Origin: a virus | Reading direction: 5' to 3' (one strand) | IMG/VR virus record: IMGVR_UViG_3300020125_000159 | Coordinates: 28,696-92,695 of that record | DNA length: 64,000 nt | Shown: piece by piece, positions 47,243 through 57,178 of the stretch | Layout: each line of letters begins with the position of its first letter | How positions within the stretch are numbered: the stretch's first letter is position 1 | Program-made: the position numbers and the translations under genes | The notes under the pieces: generated by a model | Databases searched by the model: none | What the model saw: only the letters and a program-made list of their open reading frames with translations | What the model was told of the DNA's origin: nothing

Positions 47243-47464
47243 CTATTTTTGTGGCGCTACAGGGTCACTTGACTTACTACGCTTAATTGGATTTTTATTA
47301 AGTTTTTTATGGTAAGTCCAGCCATGACGTTTGATATAATCAACCAATAATAATATAGAAACACCAACGGAAAACGTGGCCATAACAAGTCCTATTTGTG
47401 CCACTAAAAGTATGAAGCTGTCTACACTGTCTGAGGCAACTTTGATTACTAGATTGTAGACCAA
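47243..47464 (-). CDS. Small membrane protein
   Basis: Long hydrophobic segment and basic tail. Confidence 0.5.
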   Translation of the reverse strand: MVYNLVIKVASDSVDSFILLVAQIGLVMATFSVGVSILLLVDYIKRHGWTYHKKLNKNPIKRSKSSDPVAPQK

Positions 47465-47485
47465 TTTATTAAAAAATATGGGAGT

Positions 47486-47941
47486 TTACTTCTTCACACA
47501 ACTGAATGGAAGAAGTGGTGCTGAACTTGTGCAGCTAAAGTGTTTTGTGTCGAAGTGGTTATTTGTGGAGTTGGTTGTATTAGCCGTTATAATGGTTACT
47601 GTTGCGTTCTGACCTGCGGGACCCGTTGCTCCAGTATCACCTTTTGGACCTTGCTCACCTTGCACTCCTGGCAAACCTTGCTCACCTTGTGGACCCTGGA
47701 TTCCTGGGGGTCCTTGCGGACCTACTCCGCCTCCGCCGCCACCGCCGTTACAATTTACTGTAACATGTGTAGTGCCTATATCGGCGTGTTTAACTACACC
47801 GCCATGGGCGTGAGAAGCAGGTGCAGTACCACAATTGATCACAATGTTGTTGCTGTTTATGTCTGATGCTGCCATTGCTGAACCTCCTAACATGCTCAGC
47901 GCAGTAATTACGAGTATCGTTGTTGGTATTATTTTCTGCAT
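47486..47941 (-). CDS. Secreted collagen-like protein
   Basis: Signal peptide (AMA); about 13 Gly-X-Y triplets ([15 protein letters not shown]...). Confidence 0.8.
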   Translation of the reverse strand: MQKIIPTTILVITALSMLGGSAMAASDINSNNIVINCGTAPASHAHGGVVKHADIGTTHVTVNCNGGGGGGGVGPQGPPGIQGPQGEQGLPGVQGEQGPKGDTGATGPAGQNATVTIITANTTNSTNNHFDTKHFSCTSSAPLLPFSCVKK

Positions 47942-48031
47942 GCAGATTACCTAACTTAGAATATTAGGAGAGAAGTATAAATATCTTACGTATATGTTGG
48001 GTATAATTAAAAAATAAGGAAGTTTGGTCGA

Positions 48032-48544
48032 TTATTTATGTGTGTGGGTTAGGTTACCAGTGCCGTTGGTGACTGGGACTGGAGTCGGTGCTGGACCTGG
48101 TAAGCCACAGGTTTCGTTACCCTGGACTATACAAATCGTTGAAGTTCCATTCTTTCCTGCTGGGCCTTGAGGACCTGCGGGACCTGCTGGACCTTGTATA
48201 CCTTGTGTACCATTGTCACCTTTTGGACCAGGAATTCCTTGCGGACCCTGAGTTCCATTGACACCAGCTGCGCCTGCGGCGCCTGCTGGACCTGTAGCGC
48301 CAGTTGCGCCTGCGGTTCCATTTTCACCCTTGGCTCCTGCTGGACCTGTGTCACCCTTTGGACCTGGTACTGAGTTCACATTTATGATGAACTCTTGTTG
48401 GCCGTTCTTGATGACGATTTGCTTAGCATTATCGACCGTCTGTGTGTCTGCCTTCTTCACTGCTAATGCTGCCGCTCCAAAACCTCCGCCTATAAGGACG
48501 AATACTGTTGCGAACAGTATAGCAATTGCTATTTGTTGTTGCAA
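48032..48544 (-). CDS. Secreted collagen-like protein
   Basis: Signal peptide; about 25 Gly-X-Y triplets. Confidence 0.8.
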   Translation of the reverse strand: MQQQIAIAILFATVFVLIGGGFGAAALAVKKADTQTVDNAKQIVIKNGQQEFIINVNSVPGPKGDTGPAGAKGENGTAGATGATGPAGAAGAAGVNGTQGPQGIPGPKGDNGTQGIQGPAGPAGPQGPAGKNGTSTICIVQGNETCGLPGPAPTPVPVTNGTGNLTHTHK

Positions 48545-48609
48545 TGTAGCATGTACCTACGTTATCTGTATAGATAAGAGGTAAATATTAACTTTTACCT
48601 TTATATTAC

Positions 48610-48840
48610 TTATTTCACTATCGGCGCAGCACAGGTTAATTTGGTATTGTTCGATGTATTATTGCCTTCCGTGTATTGTTTCCCCGTCTGTGCACCCACA
48701 CATTTTGATATACTCAAACTATATATCTTGTGTTTCGATTGGCCAGATTGATGCCATAGGGTAAATACCAAGAATGAGCCTATAGCAGTCATTGCTAATA
48801 TCGCCAATGCAATTATAATGACATGCATTTCCGTAACCAA
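48610..48840 (-). CDS. Small membrane-anchored protein with Cys pair
   Basis: N-terminal TM helix. Confidence 0.5.
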   Translation of the reverse strand: MVTEMHVIIIALAILAMTAIGSFLVFTLWHQSGQSKHKIYSLSISKCVGAQTGKQYTEGNNTSNNTKLTCAAPIVK

Positions 48841-48896
48841 CTACCACTATATATTGTCAAAGACGTATTAGGAATTAATAAAAAAAGAGAGGAGGG

Positions 48897-49412
48897 TCAT
48901 TTCTTCGTAGTATTGAATGCACTGGCCGCGATTGCATAAGTTGCTGTGAATTTTGTTCCATTCACTGAATGAAGTGCTACTGCTTTTGCGACAAAACTCA
49001 TAGAACCGCTGTTGAAACTGCTGACTATTGGAGGTCCGTTATATGGCTTTATCAATGATATTGCTACTTGTCCTATTGGAGTTGGTGGCTTCTCTGCAGT
49101 ATATCCTAACGCTGTAGTTACTGGTCTTCCATGCTGTGCGTCTGTCGTTATACTAGTATTGTAGTCGTAAAGCAATCTCACTTCGACAGGCTTTGACGAA
49201 GTCCATGAGAGTGTACCCACCCAGAGCTTTCCGTCAGACCTATACGGAAGTATTACAATCGCCTGATGTGCTTGGTGGCCAGGCAACGCGTCCACTGTAG
49301 ACATTGCTGTTCCTTCGGTTGTGATGTTGTTATCTAATGCGTATACCGACATTGCACCAGAGAACATGACTCCGACCATGGCGAATATGACTAGTGTTAA
49401 TATTATTTTCAT
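48897..49412 (-). CDS. Secreted protein with 'PGHQAHQ' His motif (Nitrososphaerota-type exported protein)
   Basis: Signal peptide (VYA); DALPGHQAHQAIVILP...GTLSWTSSKPVEV...ALHS; start at ATG 49412 (ATGA overlap). Confidence 0.6.
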   Translation of the reverse strand: MKIILTLVIFAMVGVMFSGAMSVYALDNNITTEGTAMSTVDALPGHQAHQAIVILPYRSDGKLWVGTLSWTSSKPVEVRLLYDYNTSITTDAQHGRPVTTALGYTAEKPPTPIGQVAISLIKPYNGPPIVSSFNSGSMSFVAKAVALHSVNGTKFTATYAIAASAFNTTKK

Positions 49413-49876
49413 GCTACACAACTCGCATTTGCATCGGCATAACTACCGTCAGGACACTGATGTGCCTGTGTTTTTGTTGCGTTTGTCGATGGTTGAGTAG
49501 TGTTAGTCACTGGTGGTGCTGTCATATTCATTGCTGGCATTGTTGCATTTGTCGGTTGAGTTGGCGGCGCAGTGATAGTAGAGTTTGTATTATTGGTGGT
49601 AGGCGCTTTAGTTACGTTAACAGAAGAATTGGTAGGCAATGCGGCTATCTTAGGATTAGTCGGCTGTGGTGTTGTCGCTGTCGAGTTATTATGTGAACAC
49701 GACGGATCTCCTGGGAACAAACTACAATCAACTGGTTCGGTAGTGTTTCTCGATGTGTTCTTTATGAGTGGGGGCGGTATATTATTGGTAGTAGAACTAA
49801 ATGCCATACTACTACTCGAATAGTATAGGCCTACTACCATAATAGGAACGGTTATTGCTAATATCGCTATTAGTAT
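49409..49876 (-). CDS. Secreted mucin-like Thr/Pro/Asn-rich protein; probable ATA start
   Basis: AGGTGA RBS 6 nt before ATA 49876 gives a full hydrophobic leader; many NxT sequons; terminal CPDG...C. Confidence 0.6.
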   Translation of the reverse strand: MLIAILAITVPIMVVGLYYSSSSMAFSSTTNNIPPPLIKNTSRNTTEPVDCSLFPGDPSCSHNNSTATTPQPTNPKIAALPTNSSVNVTKAPTTNNTNSTITAPPTQPTNATMPAMNMTAPPVTNTTQPSTNATKTQAHQCPDGSYADANASCVA

Positions 49877-49957
49877 TCCATTTCACCTTAATCACGATAC
49901 ATTAGTCTTGTATATAATTGCTTGTTAAGTTAGGTAAATATAAATATAGAGGTAAGA

Positions 49958-51184
49958 TCACTGGCCCGATGTTGCGTTGAAAGTGGTGTCTGGCCTAGAG
50001 ACGAGGAAGAATCCAACCCAACCTAAGTCACTGAAGTGATTTATATGCGAGTGAAACATGAATTCACCAGGGTACTTGTAATTAAACTCGAAAATGCCTC
50101 TATCCCCTTGCTGTAAGGCTACAATATCTGTATATACCCTTGCACTATTAGGCGATCCAGATTCTTGGAAATAACCCATCGTGCCGTGTATGTGGAAGCT
50201 ATTCAATGGATCAAATTCCACAATATTTAAAAGATAAATCCGATAAGGCGTCCCTGTCTTTAAGTTTATCATATGTTTACCCTCATATCCAAATGGCATT
50301 CCATTCACCGAGTAGAACTGATTGTCTGGTCCGTTATTCTCGTCTGACGCTTCTTGTACCGCAGTCAGATTATCACGCATCTGTTGCATTGTAGCTGGGA
50401 CTGTCGGAGCTAAATGACCACTGCCGTTTATACCTGAGTAGCTAAATGTATACGAATTCAGAGTCATTACCATTTCAACCGCATGAGGTCTAGGAGTTGG
50501 AGGATCTATTATCAACATTCCATATAGACCGCGTGAGATATGTTCTTCAACTGGGGCCATATGACAATGATAGGGATAATTACCAACAGGTTGTGCGATA
50601 AAATCATAAGTAAAATTGGTTCCAGGAAATACCATACCGCCTAATCCCATAACTCCATCCATTACGCCAGGGTGGATCGAGTGCATATGCATCGAGTGGA
50701 TGAACGCAGATTCGTTAAGATTCACTAATGTAATCTTTACATGATCGCCTTCTGTCACCCTAATTGTCGGACCTGGTACTGTTCCATTAAAAGTCCACGA
50801 AGGAAACATAACTGGGTCCGTCTTATTCAAACTGATTGGAATAGGTTTGCCTGCGCCATGGTAGTCGTCAACGTATAAAGTAAATTGTCTTAGAATTGTG
50901 CCATTCGGATAAACAGTTACATGACCACATGAGAAATGAGTAAGATATGTAAGATAGTTTGTATTGCCGTATGTCTGGTCTACCGAACAATGCTTTAATT
51001 TATCATACTGTAAAGTATTTAGTTTAACGATTTGTTGGTGTGAAAGTGGTGGGGGTGCAGGTCTATAATGAGGAAATAGAAATGGAAATGATAACGCACC
51101 TGTAAACATTTGAGAAAGTATTAACGCGCCGAACGCACCTACCATCACAAACAAAATGATTAATACGCCGTCTATCCTTATCAA
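49958..51184 (-). CDS. Two-domain multicopper oxidase (type C 2dMCO, MCO1-like), membrane-anchored auxiliary gene
   Basis: HSMHMH, YHCH....H....L (T1 in domain 1), FHIHG, FHSH (trinuclear ligands; no T1 Cys in domain 2); N-terminal TM. Confidence 0.9.
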   Translation of the reverse strand: MIRIDGVLIILFVMVGAFGALILSQMFTGALSFPFLFPHYRPAPPPLSHQQIVKLNTLQYDKLKHCSVDQTYGNTNYLTYLTHFSCGHVTVYPNGTILRQFTLYVDDYHGAGKPIPISLNKTDPVMFPSWTFNGTVPGPTIRVTEGDHVKITLVNLNESAFIHSMHMHSIHPGVMDGVMGLGGMVFPGTNFTYDFIAQPVGNYPYHCHMAPVEEHISRGLYGMLIIDPPTPRPHAVEMVMTLNSYTFSYSGINGSGHLAPTVPATMQQMRDNLTAVQEASDENNGPDNQFYSVNGMPFGYEGKHMINLKTGTPYRIYLLNIVEFDPLNSFHIHGTMGYFQESGSPNSARVYTDIVALQQGDRGIFEFNYKYPGEFMFHSHINHFSDLGWVGFFLVSRPDTTFNATSGQ

Positions 51185-51234
51185 ACTCTTAATACCTCTA
51201 ATCTAGGTATATGGTATTAGGAGTTAATATATGT

Positions 51235-51435
51235 TTATACATACTTCCAGACTGAGCCATCACGTTTAACTGCCTTCTTCTCTATTAACGTAATGCGTCT
51301 ACACACGACACACATCAACGGTAAAAATTCGACATATTCGTTTGCTACCATAAAAATATTGCCCTGCTTATAACTAGAAACACATACTTCGAATACTTCG
51401 TTACGATCTACTGGACAGGATAAAATTGCTGTCAC
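51235..51435 (-). CDS. Zn-ribbon microprotein
   Basis: CPVD...CVVC. Confidence 0.5.
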   Translation of the reverse strand: MTAILSCPVDRNEVFEVCVSSYKQGNIFMVANEYVEFLPLMCVVCRRITLIEKKAVKRDGSVWKYV

Positions 51436-51650
51436 GCTTTGATTTCCTCTTTCTTTCTCTTCTTGTAATCAGAATTAAGTTTTATCATTACCTGTCGTAT
51501 GTGGTAACAAGGCGTCTGCTTTAATACCCAATGCATACATTCACATTGTAGTTCCTGTTTACGCCTATCGAATCTAACATTATATTTCTTACCAGATGTT
51601 GTCTGTGAAGGGACATTGAATGAGTTGTCCGAGGTATCGAGGGTTATCAT
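51432..51650 (-). CDS. SWIM Zn-finger protein
   Basis: VPSQTTSGKKYNV...CEC.......CYHI. Confidence 0.75.
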   Translation of the reverse strand: MITLDTSDNSFNVPSQTTSGKKYNVRFDRRKQELQCECMHWVLKQTPCYHIRQVMIKLNSDYKKRKKEEIKA

Positions 51651-51787
51651 TTATTTAGCACCCCAAATACTAGGATCTGATAGCGCTTGAAATATCCCCA
51701 TACCTAATATACCCGTAATTAATAACAATATAACTATAAATAAGGTTTTTGCGTCTTCGATGTTCCTTTTCTCGTCGAATCTTGTTG

Positions 51788-52024
51788 TCATTGCATTGAC
51801 TCCACCGTTGCCTCACTCATCCAACCTACCTTACGTTCCCAATCAAGACGTTTACGACATAACTTCTTAACCTGATCAGCCTCTTTCTTATGATTTTCGA
51901 TGAGATGTTTGGCTGCCTCTTCTGCGATCAAATCTTGGTTACAATACTTACACTGTACAATATCACCTAAAATAGACACAGCTCGGGCGTATGCGATCCA
52001 TTCTTCCTCTTCTTCTTCTCGCAT
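51788..52024 (-). CDS. C2H2 Zn-finger protein
   Basis: CKYC...HLIENH. Confidence 0.6.
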   Translation of the reverse strand: MREEEEEEWIAYARAVSILGDIVQCKYCNQDLIAEEAAKHLIENHKKEADQVKKLCRKRLDWERKVGWMSEATVESMQ

Positions 52025-52215
52025 TACCTATCTCCTAATATCGCATTGTATTGACAGAAGATACAAAGACAGTCTGACTTTCTTTCATCTTCTAACTGTA
52101 CACCACAAGATGAACAATAGAATTTATGTTGTTTGTGGAACTTATAACTACAATTTCTGCACGTGATACCGCTTGTATGATTGTACAAAATCGCGGAGCA
52201 TCTTGGACACGACAT
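52024..52215 (-). CDS. Double Zn-ribbon microprotein
   Basis: CPRC, CRNC, CSSC, CIFC. Confidence 0.6.
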   Translation of the reverse strand: MSCPRCSAILYNHTSGITCRNCSYKFHKQHKFYCSSCGVQLEDERKSDCLCIFCQYNAILGDR

Positions 52216-52314
52216 GTTTCTTATTCACTTTGACTCTTTACTCGTCTATGCAAGTCACAAGTTATTATTGAACTAATCTCTTCGAATTCGTTTAATGCGA
52301 GTTCGCAATTACAC

Positions 52315-52617
52315 TTATATTTTATTTTTCTTTCTTGCATGGTACCTTTCCAATGTTTGTCGTGCCTCATCGAACTCTTTTTTCTGTTCCATTTTCTTAA
52401 GTTTCTCTAGCGACTTTTGTTTATCGTATATTTGTGTGCGCTGCCACTGTTCGTCTAGTTCTTTGCGAAGTGTCGATATTGTTTGATGTTTGCTAAGTGT
52501 TTGGTGCATTGGATGATTATCATCCCCTAACGCCTTCAGTTTGTCTTCTTCTTGGAGTTCGCGTATTGCTTCCTTGACTAGCTTTTTGAATAAATCTGGG
52601 TGCATCCAGTCAGTCAT
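52315..52617 (-). CDS. Charged helical hypothetical protein
   Basis: 100-aa ORF in the minus-strand early-type cluster. Confidence 0.5.
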   Translation of the reverse strand: MTDWMHPDLFKKLVKEAIRELQEEDKLKALGDDNHPMHQTLSKHQTISTLRKELDEQWQRTQIYDKQKSLEKLKKMEQKKEFDEARQTLERYHARKKNKI

Positions 52618-52831
52618 TCCATATCTGGACGTCCCAGTTCCAATCTATGATATAATTCTCGGTCATTTCTGTTCCTCTTGATTGAATGATATGTGTGCCT
52701 TGGTAGTCGTAGAATGATATTTGTCCTGAAATTCCAACCATTCACCTTTGAAAAATAATAGCGTATCTTCTATAGATTCTAATGCGTCTGCTATTCTTTG
52801 TAGTGAATATTCTGTATCTGGATAATCAGGT

Positions 52832-53077
52832 TCACCCAATCAGTCTCTGCTCTCCGTCTATACGCAGTAACGTTCTAGATTCTAATGGAACTGGTGAGAA
52901 GATTTCGTATATGTTATTGTTCGGATGTGATTTGCCAAAAAAGTGGTCGTGAGCTTCCTTCGTGCCCGATCTTATCTTTCTATGGCAGATATTGCAGTAT
53001 AGTTTTGAGCCTTTCTTGTTGGCGTACTTGAACATTATTTCCCAAAAGTCTTTTTCTGGTTCCGTAAACTTTGGCAT
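52832..53077 (-). CDS. C2H2-like Zn-finger protein
   Basis: CNIC...HFFGKSH; probable start ATG 53077 overlapping the upstream TAA. Confidence 0.55.
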   Translation of the reverse strand: MPKFTEPEKDFWEIMFKYANKKGSKLYCNICHRKIRSGTKEAHDHFFGKSHPNNNIYEIFSPVPLESRTLLRIDGEQRLIG

Positions 53078-53271
53078 TAGTCTTTGTTCAGTACCCACTG
53101 GAGGATTTCTTTCTGAATGTAACAGATATGATTAAACTTCTTAATGTCCTTATCACTCCTGTCATACTCTCTATTACATTCTCTGACTATCTGTTTATAA
53201 CGTTTAATTATCTGTTCGATTGGTTTTAGTTCGAATTCGGGTTTTTTTGTAGATTCGATTATTGTTGTCAT
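53077..53271 (-). CDS. Hypothetical protein
   Basis: 64 aa, helical. Confidence 0.45.
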   Translation of the reverse strand: MTTIIESTKKPEFELKPIEQIIKRYKQIVRECNREYDRSDKDIKKFNHICYIQKEILQWVLNKD

Positions 53272-54292
53272 AGGAATCTCTCACTTCACACCTAGTTATG
53301 TTAAGAACTACTCCTTTTCCTCATCAAGTACTTGTTCGAGGAGAGGCTCTGGCATATCGAATTGTGGTTGAGGGTCTACTAGTTGTGCAATATCCACTTT
53401 GGCAGTGTGACAGGCGCATATACAATCAGTCGTCTTAATGAGCTTACAAAAGTCGCAGTGTTTAGTCCTAACGTCAGACACATTCATACGGTTAAGTTAT
53501 GTAGTCATGTATTTATTAGTTTATTCTTCAAATACTAGAGTAATAGTAGAGCCTCGCCAAGTGTCTTCTTCGAATCGTATACAAAAACACCTCTCGTTGT
53601 CAGACGCCCAACCACAACCGACTTTAGTATGAAGGTATTTGCTATGCCAGCATTTTCCACATAGAGTCATTGGTCAGGTGGCTCTTGTTTGAAACGACGT
53701 AATACTAGATCACCAGTGCAATGCCCACAAAGATCCATAGACTTGGCATTATTATGATTGTATATGGTCATACTTGCATGTAGTTTATTATCATCGACAA
53801 GATCGTTGCATATATCGCAGAGAATTTGTCTCAACTACATATCACTACACGTAAGTGCGAACCCACAGTTTGGGCATTCCAACTTGCAGTGATTTTCCTC
53901 CAACTCTTCACCACAACGGTAACAGGTTTCAGTCATGTCTAAACTTCCTTATTTCATATCTCATACCCCAAGCACCGTAGATACTACCAATAACAAACCC
54001 AATACTAATACAGAAAATATTGAATAAAACATCTGTAATTGTCATTTTAATTTGGGCACCCACATCGACAGTCTTTTGTTCTTGGCCTATTAGAATAGTC
54101 GTGACAAGAACACAGGCACATCATAACAACCACATCAATAGCCTGGGTACTTGGCCTTTAAGTAATTAAGATCGCCCTTGTATTTTTTTCTGTTCTCTTC
54201 GCTTTGTGTCTCGCATACAGCACATACGTCCTTATAGACTGTGAATGCTTCGCAAGTTTTGCACCACGTCGCGTCTCCTTCTTGTTTTGTTT

Positions 54293-54775
54293 TCATGTTT
54301 CACCACCCTCTGCTTTCTTAAGCAACTCGTTTAGCTTATAAAGTAAACTGCGGGGGTTAGCTAGATTATCCATGCCTGAAACACACTGTTTTATTTCCTC
54401 CCAAACTTTCTTGTCTACGAATTTATATTCAGTTTCTAGATTCTTTACTACGTTCTTAACTGGTGGTGTATGATAATTTAGTTTCCATTCTTCAAGGTCA
54501 TGTGTACGCCCATCGATACTAGCTACTGACCTTTGTAGTTGACCATTCCATTCTTCAAGGTCTTTTATTTTCTCCTTTAACATATCAAACTCTGTTTTCC
54601 ATATACCAGTATTACCTATAGCTGATGCCTTTTGTTCAAGGTCTTTTACTTTATCCTCTAAATCATTTAAATCTTCATTACTTGAATCTCTATATTCTTC
54701 AAGGTCTACTATCCTAGCTGACATACTTGTAGAACGTGATTCAAGGTCTTTTATTCTGTCTTCGATATAGGTCAT
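54293..54775 (-). CDS. Coiled-coil protein with repeated (I/V)xDLE heptads
   Basis: IKDLE, IVDLE, VKDLE, THDLE; DNA repeat TCAAGGTC. Confidence 0.6.
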   Translation of the reverse strand: MTYIEDRIKDLESRSTSMSARIVDLEEYRDSSNEDLNDLEDKVKDLEQKASAIGNTGIWKTEFDMLKEKIKDLEEWNGQLQRSVASIDGRTHDLEEWKLNYHTPPVKNVVKNLETEYKFVDKKVWEEIKQCVSGMDNLANPRSLLYKLNELLKKAEGGET

Positions 54776-55060
54776 TTCTTATTCTCCCCCCTAGTCATAT
54801 CTTGAACCCTTTATTTCGTATTCTTATTAACTTGCGGTCTATATGTTTAAAAGCCATAGTGCAACAAGTACAATATAGTATAACCTCATCTAAATCATGA
54901 GCGCAATTATCACATTTCATTTCTTATTCATATTTCCACAATCGACATGATTTCAGATGGTGTATTCGTTGACAGTCATCACAGGCTTGTAGCCTACAAT
55001 ATTCGCAGGTCATTTCTTACCGTCCTTCAACTTCTTACTGCCTTTCTTTTTCTTGGCCAT

Positions 55061-55315
55061 CTACTGCTTCACCTCCATCAATGAATGTATATCCTTAGCG
55101 ATTGAATTAGGTTTATGAAACATTGTGCCCGCTTCAGGTCCAGTTATGAGTTTTAGCCAGTTAGAGTTAACGCCCATCCTCGCTGCTACGTAATTTCGTG
55201 TTGGATGAGTGTCATATCTTACAGTCAACCTATCTCCGTCCTCTAACTCCCATTCATAGACTCTCGTACCGCTTTTTGTTGTAACGAACATATCTATATG
55301 CGCTATGTCGCCCAT
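55061..55315 (-). CDS. Hypothetical protein
   Basis: 84 aa; GAGGT RBS. Confidence 0.5.
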   Translation of the reverse strand: MGDIAHIDMFVTTKSGTRVYEWELEDGDRLTVRYDTHPTRNYVAARMGVNSNWLKLITGPEAGTMFHKPNSIAKDIHSLMEVKQ

Positions 55316-55469
55316 AGTTATACCTCTATGTTTGTAGTAAATATACGTTGCCCCTTGGCTACCATTCCACGCATTATCCTGATTGCTTCCTGGCCATTAT
55401 GATATTCCCCACTAATCCTATATAGTGCTTCTAAGTTAATGATTAGTCTCTGGTAGTCGCTAAGGGTGG

Positions 55470-55643
55470 TCATGCGTACCAGAATCCTCCCTCTTCTTCT
55501 TTGATTTTTAGATAGGCCTCTCTTATTTCAGGAGGAACGAATTCAACTAATACCTCATCAATATAGATATGCATTACTTCTAAGTCGTCGGTTTGTTCTT
55601 TCTGAATCTGGTAGAGCCTATTTACTCCATCGTCTATTGTCAT
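55470..55643 (-). CDS. Small acidic protein ending in WYA
   Basis: Likely start ATG 55643 (MTIDD), overlapping the upstream stop. Confidence 0.5.
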   Translation of the reverse strand: MTIDDGVNRLYQIQKEQTDDLEVMHIYIDEVLVEFVPPEIREAYLKIKEEEGGFWYA

Positions 55644-55843
55644 GTTGCGATTCCGATCTCCATCTTGATCTTGTCGTAACAGCTGTGACAAATCTTTATG
55701 CCCTGATGTTTTTCCAATACGACGTCAGACGACTCGAACAATATCATGAACAATTCTCCGAATGGTGTGTCTAGCGTTCTACCGCACAACTTACATTTAG
55801 GAGGATTTCTCGTTATCTTAATGTCGGCGTCGGCAGTAATCAT
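55640..55843 (-). CDS. Zn-finger microprotein
   Basis: CKLC...CHSC. Confidence 0.55.
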   Translation of the reverse strand: MITADADIKITRNPPKCKLCGRTLDTPFGELFMILFESSDVVLEKHQGIKICHSCYDKIKMEIGIAT

Positions 55844-56088
55844 GTTTGTTTTAAATCCTTCAAATGATTCTTGGTTAAAATATAGAGAAGTTCTTTGTTT
55901 ACGCGATTCACATTCTTTAAAAGTTCGTCAATCTCAGTTATAGCCTGCTTTAGTTTGGGTAATTCCTCGACTGCCTCTTCTAGGTCGTATACACGGTCGT
56001 CCAGTTCGGCTATCATTTCGTCTTGTCCTTCCATCAATATTTCACGCAGGGCCTCTTTGATTTCATTTCGGAGTTCCACAGATAACAA
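55840..56088 (-). CDS. Coiled-coil hypothetical protein
   Basis: E/L-rich heptads. Confidence 0.5.
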   Translation of the reverse strand: MLSVELRNEIKEALREILMEGQDEMIAELDDRVYDLEEAVEELPKLKQAITEIDELLKNVNRVNKELLYILTKNHLKDLKQT

Positions 56089-56846
56089 TTAACAATAGAA
56101 TACTTTTAAATACCTATTTGAGGGGTATAGGGAAGATATCACTCTCTGGTTCGTCATCTTCGTCTTCTGGTCGGGGCTTGTCTGCTAATACTAGGCTTTT
56201 CATGCCAAATCTGGGTATCAGCAAGTGGCGAAGGTTCAACTAAGTCACAGGGTATAGGGGGTTTATCGGATTTAAACGAATTAATACCTAACATGATAGT
56301 AAGAATGTTCTAGTGGCAATAGTGGTAAACCCTATATACCTCGTTTACCATACATATAATGAGGTAAAACAAAATGAATAACCAAATAAACGAGGGACAA
56401 AAATGTAGAAACTGTGGTCATGATGTTGATCTACACAATTGCGATCCTCATGGAAATGACGATTGCTGTGGACGAACAACGGAAGGCGGTCAATGTGATT
56501 GCAAGGACTGTGAGAGGAAATGACTAAGAAATGTGGCAATTGTGATAAAGTTATGACAGAGGAAGAAGTCAAAAAAGACAGATGGATAACAACGTCTCAG
56601 GTTGGCCTACGACTTGTATGTGACTATTGTAATGACCAATGGAGAGTTAGATCGGCAGACGAAATTTGGGCTGGACTGAGAGGAGTTAAGGAGAAATGAC
56701 CACTCCACAATTCGAACAAAGGTTAGACGTAACAAGAGAGGAATTACAGATTATTTATGTAGCACTAGATATAGCAGTAAAAAGAAATAGAGGATTAGAC
56801 ATATACAAGAATCTACTAAAGAAGGTCAGAGAGGCATTAGACCGCT

Positions 56847-56954
56847 ATGACTAAGATAGTAAAGATAGACGACAACACATACGAGTACGTGACTTCGCAA
56901 GCAAAATACAAAGAGTCATTTGCAGACGCACTAACGAGGTTGTTCGGGCATTGA
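56847..56954 (+). CDS. 35-aa RHH-like microprotein (paralogue of 25673..25780; not in ORF track)
   Basis: MTKIVKIDDNTYEYVTSQAKYKESFADALTRLFGH. Confidence 0.65.
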   Translation: MTKIVKIDDNTYEYVTSQAKYKESFADALTRLFGH

Positions 56955-57178
56955 AACCATTACGAGTATATTGCGCCAAATGCAACGTCACTATCAAGGA
57001 CTATCGGGTGCTAGCGGAGCACAATCTAGCGCATATGGACCATGAGGTAGTATCGAAGTATTTTGTTACATGTCGCAAGTGTGGGACAAGCGACAAGGCT
57101 TATGATTATGATACCGCTATGGACTTGGTAATGACACATTCGACGTATTACTGGCACAACACAAGGATCGTGACGTAG
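56951..57178 (+). CDS. Double Zn-finger protein
   Basis: CAKC..H..H; CRKC..H..H. Confidence 0.6.
   Translation: MKPLRVYCAKCNVTIKDYRVLAEHNLAHMDHEVVSKYFVTCRKCGTSDKAYDYDTAMDLVMTHSTYYWHNTRIVT

Noticed and set aside
49958-51184. Nitrite reductase NirK
   Set aside because: It has HxH and HCH in domain 1 and HxH plus HSH in domain 2, which is the trinuclear-cluster ligand set of a two-domain MCO, not the NirK type-2 site pattern.
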